Assembly (NCBI GenBank): GCA_018399755.1
Contig: JAGYOE010000002.1
Location: forward strand, 6,531-70,530
Length of the DNA: 64,000 bases
Origin: Bacilli bacterium
Lineage (GTDB): Bacteria > Bacillota_I > Bacilli_A > Izemoplasmatales > Hujiaoplasmataceae
Direction: 5' to 3'
The translations under genes and the position numbers were made by a program. The notes under the pieces were generated by a model. It did not search any database. It was not told the DNA's origin and was given only the letters and a program-made list of their open reading frames with translations. Positions 48,838-57,416 of the stretch are shown piece by piece; the first letter of the stretch is position 1, and every line of letters starts with the position of its first letter.

Positions 48838-49632
48838 TTATCCGTATAGTTTTCTAACAATATATAAAACTAATCTTTCAGATAAAATTTTGTTTAAAAA
48901 TCTAATCATTTTATATGAAAAACCAACGGTTTTAGTAATTGGTAGTGTTTTTCTTTTTAATAATTTATGGATTGATTTAGCAATAACTAATGGTTCCATT
49001 CCCTTAGTTTCATCTAACTCCATTTTTTTTATTGATTTTTCTACGCGATTTTTGTATAGGTCATTTTCTACAACTAATGGTTTTTTTCTATTCTTAGTAA
49101 AATCAGTTTTAATATCTCCTGGTAATAAAGACATTACTTGAATATTAAATGGTTTTAATTCAACTCTTAAAGCTTTTGTAAACGCATCAATACTAGCTTT
49201 AGTCATAGAATAAAAACCCTGAAATGGTAAAGCAATTTCTGAGGCAATTGAACTCATATTTATTATTTTAGCGTCTTCTGATTTTCTTAATAATTTTAAA
49301 ACCGCTTTTGTTAGTAAAAAATGCCCAAAAACATTTACATTAAAAATTAATTTAACATCTTCTAATGGCGTATTTTCTATAGAACCGGAAATGCCAATTC
49401 CAGCAGAATTTATTAAATAGTCTACTTTTTCATATTTTTCTTCTATAATTTTAGTTGTTTTTAAAATCGAAGATTCATTAGTTATATCACATAATATATA
49501 ATTGAAATCATAACTTTCCTTAGGATAAGATCTTGAAAGACCGATAACAGTATAATCTTTTTTATATAGATAGCTTGCGGTTGCAAAGCCAATACCTGAA
49601 GAAGCTCCTGATATTAAGACAACTTTATTCAT
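48838..49632 (-). CDS. Short-chain dehydrogenase/reductase, candidate 3-ketosphinganine reductase
   Basis: SGASSGIG, NSAGIG, catalytic YSMTK, PGDIKTDF; overlaps the SPT-like gene by 8 bp. Confidence 0.85.
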   Translation of the reverse strand: MNKVVLISGASSGIGFATASYLYKKDYTVIGLSRSYPKESYDFNYILCDITNESSILKTTKIIEEKYEKVDYLINSAGIGISGSIENTPLEDVKLIFNVNVFGHFLLTKAVLKLLRKSEDAKIINMSSIASEIALPFQGFYSMTKASIDAFTKALRVELKPFNIQVMSLLPGDIKTDFTKNRKKPLVVENDLYKNRVEKSIKKMELDETKGMEPLVIAKSIHKLLKRKTLPITKTVGFSYKMIRFLNKILSERLVLYIVRKLYG

Positions 49633-50845
49633 TATCTTTCAAAACCTTAAGTAATGCTTCATCATCCTCAGGTAAGTTATTAAGTACTCCTACAATTATA
49701 TCAATAGCTTCATCCATTAACTCATATGTATGAGTTGATGTATAACTTGTTCTTATTAAGCACTCTCCTTCAGGAGCCGCAGGTGGTAAAACAGGATTAA
49801 CATAAACTCCTTTTTCATATAATAATTTACATGCAACAAGTGTTCTTAAAAATGAGTAGGTGTAAATAGGAATAATCGGAACAATTGAATGATCAATTAT
49901 TTCTAGACCTTTATTTTTTAATCCTTTTCTAACATATTCAGCTATTTCTAATAAGCGTTTTGGTCTTTCTGGTTCTTTTATTAAAATCCTTAAGGCTTCT
50001 AAGGCTGTCATAGCATTTGCTGGGGTAATTGCAGCACAGAATATAAATGGTCGAGAATTATGTTTAACAAATTCTACCACTTCATTACTAGCTGCCATAT
50101 AACCACCTAAACTAGCAAGTGATTTAGAGAAAGTTCCCATAATAATATCAACTTCATCTTCTAAATCAAAATATTCAGCTGTACCACGGCCATTTTTTCC
50201 CAATACACCAAAACCATGAGCATCATCAACCATAACTCTTGCTTCATATTTTTTTGCGAGTTTTACAATTTCAGGAAGTTTAGCAATATCACCAGTCATG
50301 GAAAATACCCCATCAGTTACGATTAACTTTCCTTGCTTAGGATCAGCATTTTTCAGTTTTGTTTCTAAATCTTCCATATCTTGATGTTTATATCTAACTA
50401 ATTTACCAAAAGATAATCTTGCACCATCATAAATACTTGCATGGTTTTCTCTATCACAAAAAATTAGATCATTTCTTCCTGCAATTGCAGAAATTATGCC
50501 TAAATTAGTTTGGTATCCCGTAGAAAAAGTTAAACAAGCCTCTTTATGTAAGAAATTTGCAAGTTCTCCTTCAAGTTCTTCATGAACTGTTAAGGTCCCA
50601 TTTAAAAATCTAGATCCAGAAACTCCAGAACCAAATTGTTTAATTGCTTTCACACCAGCATCTATAATTCTTGGATCTCCAGTTAAACCTAAATAATTAT
50701 TAGACCCAATCATTATTCGTCTTTTGCCTTCCATAACAACTTCAATATCTTGTTTTGTTTCAAGTGCATGAAAGTATGGGTAAACTCCTAGATCCTTATA
50801 CTTTTTTGTTAAATCGTAATTGTAACATTTCTTAAATAAATCCAT
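49625..50845 (-). CDS. Alpha-oxoamine synthase, serine palmitoyltransferase-like
   Basis: GVYPYF, GSNNYLGL, SRFLNGT, NHAS, DDAHG, PLP lysine in MGTFSKSL. Confidence 0.75.
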   Translation of the reverse strand: MDLFKKCYNYDLTKKYKDLGVYPYFHALETKQDIEVVMEGKRRIMIGSNNYLGLTGDPRIIDAGVKAIKQFGSGVSGSRFLNGTLTVHEELEGELANFLHKEACLTFSTGYQTNLGIISAIAGRNDLIFCDRENHASIYDGARLSFGKLVRYKHQDMEDLETKLKNADPKQGKLIVTDGVFSMTGDIAKLPEIVKLAKKYEARVMVDDAHGFGVLGKNGRGTAEYFDLEDEVDIIMGTFSKSLASLGGYMAASNEVVEFVKHNSRPFIFCAAITPANAMTALEALRILIKEPERPKRLLEIAEYVRKGLKNKGLEIIDHSIVPIIPIYTYSFLRTLVACKLLYEKGVYVNPVLPPAAPEGECLIRTSYTSTHTYELMDEAIDIIVGVLNNLPEDDEALLKVLKDNE

Positions 50846-50856
50846 CTAGTCCTCCT

Positions 50857-50900
50857 AAAAAAAAGTGGTATAATCTGTTATAGATTATACCATATTTTTT
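50857..50900 (-). terminator. Hairpin terminator of the TetR-ABC unit; each arm contains TGGTATAAT
   Basis: TGGTATAATCT-GTTAT-AGATTATACCA with U tract on the minus strand just before the spt-like gene's GGAGG. Confidence 0.65.
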
Positions 50901-50922
50901 ATTTATTTAAACGCAAAATTTT

Positions 50923-53136
50923 CTATTCTGTTCTTAATGCTACTACTGGATCTTTCTTAGCTGCCATTCTAGCTGGAATTAATCCCGCAACAAACGCTAA
51001 GAAGATTGATATCAGAACTAACGAGATAATATGAATAGGTGCTAATTTAGCTATATTAGGAATATCTGATAAATTTTCTAGAATTATATTTATCGGTATA
51101 ATTAACAATAAAGCAATTACTATTCCAGTTAATCCAGCACTAAATCCGATAATAATATTTTCTGTATTAAATACGCGTGAAACATCTTTCTTTCTTGCGC
51201 CTAGTGCTCTTAATACTCCGATTTCTTTAGTCCTTTCAATAACTGATACATAGGTAATAATCGATATCATAATTGAAGATACAACTAAACTAATTGAAGC
51301 AAAAGCAATTAAGACAATTGATATAGCATCAATTATTCCACTTGATATCGAAATAAACACTTCTGATTGATCCGTATAATAAACGCTTGATTCTTCATCG
51401 AGACCAATATTATATGAATCCAAATACTCAATTAATTTTTCTTTATCATCAAAATTATTTGGATATAAGGAAATTGTTTTTATTCCTCCAATTTCACTAG
51501 GATGAGTATCTTGTAAATACTGTGATACTTCTGGAGTATAAACTAGACCGTTTCTCATAAATAATGAAACTTTGCTATCAGGTAAAGTTCTAGTTATTCC
51601 AGAAATTCTTACTGTATAAACATCAGATAAATCACTTTCCGCATTTACTTCACCAACGTATAATTGAAATTCTTTACCTATGATATCTGCATAATTAATT
51701 TGCGTGTTTTCATCAATGTTATCACTGTCATAACCTAAAGCTTCTAAAATATCTTTGGAGAGTTGGTTATAACTACTTATTGATAATAATACTTCAATTT
51801 CCTTATCATCAAAATTTTGAACAGGACTATCGCCAAATACTATTTCATAGTTTTCTTCATATATTTCACCCTCAGGCATTAGATGAAAATTAATTAAATT
51901 TGGGTTAAAGAAAGGTGGCATAGCCCCGCCTGAAGAGTCAATCGTTTCAACATAAACTACTTCTTGAGTGTCGTCAATATCAGCTAGTAAAGCCATATTC
52001 ATTTTGTGTTCAAAAGAATATCCTGATAGTGTATCTTCTCCTTCGCCTTCAAGATAATCATTAATAAATCTTTCATAATCAACATCAATTGTGTTTTCTA
52101 TCATATTATCTTCAGCAATATCTTTTTCAGGAGTAATGTAATCTATATCTGGATGACTTTCTAAATCATCTCTAGAACTCTGCTGATTCATAATACCTAA
52201 AATATCAAAAGAAGCTTCTTCGATTAATACTGGATAGCTTGATAAAGTATCTTTTTCAAATTTATCAATTTCTTGGTCCATACCATTTGATAAAGATAAA
52301 ATTAAAGCAATACCAATAATACCAATACTACCTGCAAAAGCAGTGAGAATTGTTCTTCCTAATTTGGTTTTTATATTATTAATTGAAGAAACAAAAGCTG
52401 TAGCATAAGACATAGACGTTTTCTTTAAATTAAGTGTTCCCGTTTCGTCTAAATCTTTTTTTACAGGATTAGAGTCATCTATAACACTACCATCTTTTAA
52501 TTTAATAACACGATTTGCATATTTATATGCCATATCCGAATCATGAGTTACCATAATAACTAGTTTTTCTTTAGCTATTTCTTTAATTAAATCTAAAATT
52601 TGTGTTCCAGTTTCAGTATCCAAAGAACCTGTAGGTTCATCAGCTAAAATAATATCAGGATTATTAGCTAAAGCTCTAGCTACGGCTACTCTTTGTTGTT
52701 GCCCGCCAGATAATTGATTAGGTTTTTTATGAATATGATCTTTTAATCCAACTCTTTCTAATACTTCAAGTGCTCTAGTTTTTTTATCTTTTGCACTAGC
52801 CCCACTTAAAGACAAACCCATTTCTACATTATGCAATACACTTAAATGAGAAATTAAATTATGGTTTTGAAAAACAAAACCAATGGAATTATTACGGTAC
52901 ATATCCCATTCTCTATCAGAAAATTTCTTAGTTGATTTACCGTTGATAATTAAATCTCCATCATCAGCTCTATCTAATCCACCAATAACATTTAATAATG
53001 TTGTTTTCCCACAGCCTGACGGTCCTAAAACAGAAACAAATTCTGTTTGTCTAAATTCTAAACTCACCTTATCAAGTGCATCTTGATAAAACTCTCCTAT
53101 TGAATACGATTTACTTACATTAGTTAATTTTAACAT
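50923..53136 (-). CDS. Fused ABC transporter ATP-binding/permease (MacB/FtsX-like)
   Basis: GPSGCGKTT, LSGGQQQR, LADEPTG; FtsX-type permease SVIERTKEIGVLRALGA, A.KDPV.ALR. Confidence 0.92.
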   Translation of the reverse strand: MLKLTNVSKSYSIGEFYQDALDKVSLEFRQTEFVSVLGPSGCGKTTLLNVIGGLDRADDGDLIINGKSTKKFSDREWDMYRNNSIGFVFQNHNLISHLSVLHNVEMGLSLSGASAKDKKTRALEVLERVGLKDHIHKKPNQLSGGQQQRVAVARALANNPDIILADEPTGSLDTETGTQILDLIKEIAKEKLVIMVTHDSDMAYKYANRVIKLKDGSVIDDSNPVKKDLDETGTLNLKKTSMSYATAFVSSINNIKTKLGRTILTAFAGSIGIIGIALILSLSNGMDQEIDKFEKDTLSSYPVLIEEASFDILGIMNQQSSRDDLESHPDIDYITPEKDIAEDNMIENTIDVDYERFINDYLEGEGEDTLSGYSFEHKMNMALLADIDDTQEVVYVETIDSSGGAMPPFFNPNLINFHLMPEGEIYEENYEIVFGDSPVQNFDDKEIEVLLSISSYNQLSKDILEALGYDSDNIDENTQINYADIIGKEFQLYVGEVNAESDLSDVYTVRISGITRTLPDSKVSLFMRNGLVYTPEVSQYLQDTHPSEIGGIKTISLYPNNFDDKEKLIEYLDSYNIGLDEESSVYYTDQSEVFISISSGIIDAISIVLIAFASISLVVSSIMISIITYVSVIERTKEIGVLRALGARKKDVSRVFNTENIIIGFSAGLTGIVIALLLIIPINIILENLSDIPNIAKLAPIHIISLVLISIFLAFVAGLIPARMAAKKDPVVALRTE

Positions 53137-53138
53137 TT

Positions 53139-53747
53139 TTAGCTCCTCTCATAGCCTGTTTTTAATATATTTAAAAGGTCTTGATATATTGCTCGAGATT
53201 GATTCATTGGATAATTTTTAATCATTGTTTCAATTAAAATATCAGTTAATATGGTCTGAGCTATTCTTAAAAGACGCTTTATAAATTCATCACTATTATC
53301 TATAAATTGGGATTTATCAATATATTCTATCACCAAATTATTTTCTTGATTTGATTCAAACACTTTTTTATTTGTATTATTAACAATATTGTTGTGAAAA
53401 AATAAAGTTACATGTTTAATAAAGTTTCTGTATTTATCATTATCTAATAGATCATAAACTTCATCATGAACAATTAACATCATTTCTACAAATTCTCGTT
53501 TAGATTCAAAAAATTTATGTTTAATCTTCATTTCTAAAGGAGATTTTATTAGTTTAATTAAATAATCTAATAAATCATACTTATCTTTAAAATAGGTATA
53601 AAAACTACCTCGAGATATATTTGCAGACTTAACAATTTTATTAATAGAAGCTTTATCAATATTACAAGTTGAAAATTCATCTACTGCCGCTGCAATTATT
53701 TTATTTCTTTTATCCTCAGATAAATTTAAAAATGTAAACGTGGGCAT
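53139..53747 (-). CDS. TetR/AcrR family transcriptional regulator
   Basis: ASINKIV..ANISRGSFY.YF.DK.DL HTH. Confidence 0.92.
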   Translation of the reverse strand: MPTFTFLNLSEDKRNKIIAAAVDEFSTCNIDKASINKIVKSANISRGSFYTYFKDKYDLLDYLIKLIKSPLEMKIKHKFFESKREFVEMMLIVHDEVYDLLDNDKYRNFIKHVTLFFHNNIVNNTNKKVFESNQENNLVIEYIDKSQFIDNSDEFIKRLLRIAQTILTDILIETMIKNYPMNQSRAIYQDLLNILKTGYERS

Positions 53748-53777
53748 AATTTCATCTCCTAAAAAACATCTAATTCA

Positions 53778-53806
53778 AGTTTATATGACAGGGTGTCAAA
53801 TTGCAA
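53778..53806 (-). promoter_or_regulatory. Promoter with probable TetR operator
   Basis: TTGCAA-17 nt-TAAACT on the minus strand; the spacer holds the inverted repeat TGACA-GGG-TGTCA (53786-53798). Confidence 0.7.
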
Positions 53807-53836
53807 GTATTATGCTTCAAAACACAAAAAAATCAC

Positions 53837-53870
53837 AAAAAAACACCAATTTTTAAACAATTGGTGTTTT
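53837..53870 (-). terminator. Terminator of the hut-tal operon
   Basis: AAAACACCAATT...AATTGGTGTTTT. Confidence 0.75.
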
Positions 53871-53885
53871 AATATGTATAAATTT

Positions 53886-54530
53886 CTATTTCTCTTGTGC
53901 TTCAGCAAATATTTTTAATCCTTTAGTAGTTAATTCGTGTTTAACCATTTTTTTTAAAACTTTATAAGGTATTGTTGCTATTTCAGCACCAGCTTTCATA
54001 GCTTGTTCTACATGGTTTATATGCCTTATTGAAGCAGCAATAATCTTGGTTTTAAAATTATAAGTTTTAAACATTTCTTTAATATCTTTGACTAGTTTAA
54101 ATCCAGCATCATCTTTTTCTGTTAGATCATCAATTCTTCCCATAAACGGTGAAACATAAGTTGCGCCAGCACTAGAGGCCATTAAAGCTTGGGACATTGA
54201 AAAAACTAAAGTAACGTTAGTTTTGATGTTTAATTTGGTTAATTCTTTAACAGCTTTAACCCCTTCAATTGTCATTGGAATTTTAATCACAATATTTTTG
54301 TGTATTTTAGCATAGGTTTTTGCTTCTTCAACCATAGCTTCTGCGTTGCTTTCTTTTACTTCAGCGCTAATAGGTCCATCTACTAGATTAACAATTTTAT
54401 CTATCGCTTCAGTTAAAGTAATTCCTGATTTTGCAATTAAACTTGGGTTAGTAGTAACACCACTGATAATTCCCCAAGAACTTGCTTCTTCAATTTCTTT
54501 AATAATAGCAGTATCTGCAAATATTTTCAT
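53886..54530 (-). CDS. tal: Transaldolase (short TalC/FSA family)
   Basis: [27 protein letters not shown]; SAEV (Glu) and SPF (Phe) indicate transaldolase rather than FSA. Confidence 0.88.
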   Translation of the reverse strand: MKIFADTAIIKEIEEASSWGIISGVTTNPSLIAKSGITLTEAIDKIVNLVDGPISAEVKESNAEAMVEEAKTYAKIHKNIVIKIPMTIEGVKAVKELTKLNIKTNVTLVFSMSQALMASSAGATYVSPFMGRIDDLTEKDDAGFKLVKDIKEMFKTYNFKTKIIAASIRHINHVEQAMKAGAEIATIPYKVLKKMVKHELTTKGLKIFAEAQEK

Positions 54531-54551
54531 AATTTCTCCTTCTTAAACTTT

Positions 54552-55184
54552 TTATAATTTTACTTTTTCTAGTAACATCTCTTTTAAATCGTTAGCTTCA
54601 TCTTTTATATCAGCTACTACATCTTGATATTCTTTTACAAGCTGAATATCACTTAATCCTGTTAAATTAATTAAAACATTCATAGCTGCACCTTCAATTG
54701 CAGAATGTAACATCAATACAGCAACTCCTTGATCTGAAATAGTATTTTTATTTGATTTTTCCATAATACTATCTACCATTCTAAGCGATTGTATCGCTAA
54801 ATTGCATACTTCCATTGGAACTCGAATAGTTTCCATAGTTGCTTTTTTAATGGCAAGTCGCCTTTTTCTGCGATCTTCTTCACTTTCTTTTGACATTTTA
54901 AAAGCATCCATTAACGAGTTAAAAACTTTAGTGTCTTCGTCAATATAATCAACAAACTTATCCTTATTAACACGGTATTTTTCAATAGTATCAATAAATT
55001 CTTTTTGTTTTTCTGCTTTCATTTCTTTAAATTTTTTCTTTTTAAAAGTTAATTCGCCTGCCATAACCATTAGTCCAACTCCGTTAGCTGCGGCTAATGC
55101 ACTTACACTTCCGCCACCAGGTGCTGGAGAATTTGAAGCCAGTTTTTCAAGAAAATCTTTTACTTTCATATCAACTAATTTCAT
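54552..55184 (-). CDS. Formiminotetrahydrofolate cyclodeaminase
   Basis: PAPGGGSVSAL, D...FN..M.AFK, N.ISD, A..NV.INL. Confidence 0.9.
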   Translation of the reverse strand: MKLVDMKVKDFLEKLASNSPAPGGGSVSALAAANGVGLMVMAGELTFKKKKFKEMKAEKQKEFIDTIEKYRVNKDKFVDYIDEDTKVFNSLMDAFKMSKESEEDRRKRRLAIKKATMETIRVPMEVCNLAIQSLRMVDSIMEKSNKNTISDQGVAVLMLHSAIEGAAMNVLINLTGLSDIQLVKEYQDVVADIKDEANDLKEMLLEKVKL

Positions 55185-55186
55185 AA

Positions 55187-56446
55187 TTATTCACCTACTA
55201 TCCTTCTTTTTTCTATAACTAATTTTCCATTTTTAAATACACTATAAGTATGATTAATTCCATAGTGATAGATAAAGTAATCTAAATTCTTACAATCTAA
55301 AAGTAATAAATCTGCATTTTTACCTACTTCTATACTACCAACTTTTCCGGAAATATCCAAGCTATATGCCGGATTAATCGTTGCAGCAGTTAAAATTTCA
55401 TTTGGTAACATTCTTAATTTATTACCAGAGATTTGTAAAGTTAATTGATAATTTTCAGATGGTGTTGAACCCGGATTATAGTCACTTGATATAGCAAGTG
55501 CTACACCTGAATCAATCAGTTTTCTAGCTGGAGCATAATCTTTATTTAAAAAGAATGAAGTTGAAGGCAATAGATTAGCAATTGTATTTGATTCTTTTAA
55601 TAATTTAATATCACTATCATTAATTGCCATTAAATGATCAATTGTTTTAGCTTTTAAATCGATACTAACTTTTGTGCCACCAATTGATTTTATTTCATCA
55701 GTATGTACTCTTAACTTAAAGTTTAAATCTTTAGCTGCTTTTAGAATCTTTTCTGTTTCTTTAGCATTAAATACTCCAACCTCACAGAAAACATCAACAT
55801 AATCAGCTAAATCTTCTTGTTTTATTATTTGTAAATCTTTTATAACCTGATTAATATATTCATCCCGTTTTTCTTTATATTCTTTTGGTAAAGCGTGTGC
55901 GCCTAAATATGTAGTATATATATCAATCGGGTGATTTTCATTAAGTTTTTTTGCAACTTTTAATTGCTTTATTTCAGTTTCTAAATCAAGTCCATATCCT
56001 GATTTCACTTCAAGTGAAGTAACCCCATATAGTAACATCTCATTTAAAGATTTTTTTGCTTGGTTATATAATTCTTCAAAACTAGCTTTTTTAGTTGCCT
56101 CTACAGTACTTAATATTCCTCCTCCTGATGCAAGAATATCTAAGTAAGGAACACCAGCTATTTTTTTACTAAATTCATGTTCTCTAGAACCACCAAACAC
56201 TAGATGAGTATGTGAATCTACTAATCCAGGAATAATAATTTTTTGTTTAGCATCATAAAGTTTTGTATTATTGTTCTTTAATTGAGAAAAATCTCCGGTT
56301 GCTATTTTAATGATTTTTTCATTTTCAATAACTATATAGGGATTATTTATAACTTCAATATTTTTCATATTTTCTCCTTTAACAGGAGGTTTATTTATTG
56401 AAGTATATATTGCTTTTATATTATGAATAATTAATTTATTTTTCAT
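55187..56446 (-). CDS. hutI: Imidazolonepropionase
   Basis: PGLVDSHTH, GGGILSTV, KSGYGL, GAHA, DVFCE, SSDYNPG. Confidence 0.97.
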   Translation of the reverse strand: MKNKLIIHNIKAIYTSINKPPVKGENMKNIEVINNPYIVIENEKIIKIATGDFSQLKNNNTKLYDAKQKIIIPGLVDSHTHLVFGGSREHEFSKKIAGVPYLDILASGGGILSTVEATKKASFEELYNQAKKSLNEMLLYGVTSLEVKSGYGLDLETEIKQLKVAKKLNENHPIDIYTTYLGAHALPKEYKEKRDEYINQVIKDLQIIKQEDLADYVDVFCEVGVFNAKETEKILKAAKDLNFKLRVHTDEIKSIGGTKVSIDLKAKTIDHLMAINDSDIKLLKESNTIANLLPSTSFFLNKDYAPARKLIDSGVALAISSDYNPGSTPSENYQLTLQISGNKLRMLPNEILTAATINPAYSLDISGKVGSIEVGKNADLLLLDCKNLDYFIYHYGINHTYSVFKNGKLVIEKRRIVGE

Positions 56447-56453
56447 AAGCTAC

Positions 56454-57416
56454 CTACAAGAAATAATCTATTATTTTTTCAGCATCAAAATCTCTAAGTT
56501 TTAAATACTTTTTGCATCCTTTAACAACCTCAGTAATTGACATTTCTTTGTCAAATTCTAAATTATTAACGCCGTAATAATATCTTAAAGATCTAATTAA
56601 CGCATCTTTAGGGATCAAACCAACTATTTCAGCTGAAGGAACGTTATAATGATATCTTTTAGCTTCCATTTTTACAGTTTCAAATATTCGATAAATTGGA
56701 TTTTTTTTATAATTTAAGATATTCATTGTAACTTGAGTATGACCGCGTTTTTCTAAATATACCGGACCAGCTTGAACATATTGAAAACCACCACTACTTT
56801 GTCTAATAGCTCTAGCAAATCTATTGGTGATTTTTTCATCATCTGTATCAATATCTATATTATAAGCGATTAAAAAATCTCTTGCGCCAATCGCTAAACT
56901 TCCAAAAGTTTCATGACGTTTGCTTGGTCCAAAATCAGGTTTCCAATTAGGATCTTTAATTTTCTCTTTCATTCCTTCAAATTCACCTTTACGAATATTA
57001 GGCAATTTCTCTCTATCAGCTTTTTTAGCTGCTTCTGCATATAAAAAGCACGGTATTGAAAACTTATCTGCTATTTTTTCAGCTAAGATTTCACTGTATT
57101 TAACACATTCTTTCATCTTAATATTACTTATAGGAATAAAAGGAATTACATCAATTGCGCCCATTCTTGCGTGTTCACCAGAATGATTATTTAAATCAAT
57201 TTCTTGTAAACACACTTCGGTTAAATCCATTAAAGCATCAAGCATTTTATCTGGGTTGCCAATTAAAGTTACTACTGTTCGATTATAATCACTATCGGCT
57301 TCATAGTTTATTAGTTTTATATCTTTGTGTTTATCAAATACTTTAATAATTCTTTGAATTTTTTCTTTATCTCTTCCTTCAGAAAAATTTGGTACACATT
57401 CTACAATTTTAGGCAT
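56454..57416 (-). CDS. ftcD: Glutamate formiminotransferase
   Basis: ECVPNFSEGR, NRTV.T, H.RMGA.DV.PF, GAR..LIAYN, EIVGL.P. Confidence 0.95.
   Translation of the reverse strand: MPKIVECVPNFSEGRDKEKIQRIIKVFDKHKDIKLINYEADSDYNRTVVTLIGNPDKMLDALMDLTEVCLQEIDLNNHSGEHARMGAIDVIPFIPISNIKMKECVKYSEILAEKIADKFSIPCFLYAEAAKKADREKLPNIRKGEFEGMKEKIKDPNWKPDFGPSKRHETFGSLAIGARDFLIAYNIDIDTDDEKITNRFARAIRQSSGGFQYVQAGPVYLEKRGHTQVTMNILNYKKNPIYRIFETVKMEAKRYHYNVPSAEIVGLIPKDALIRSLRYYYGVNNLEFDKEMSITEVVKGCKKYLKLRDFDAEKIIDYFL

Noticed and set aside
49625-50845. Annotation as bioF or kbl
   Set aside because: No bioA/B/D/W or tdh neighbours, and the PLP motif is GTFSKS; SPT-like is preferred, though this is not excluded without a phylogeny
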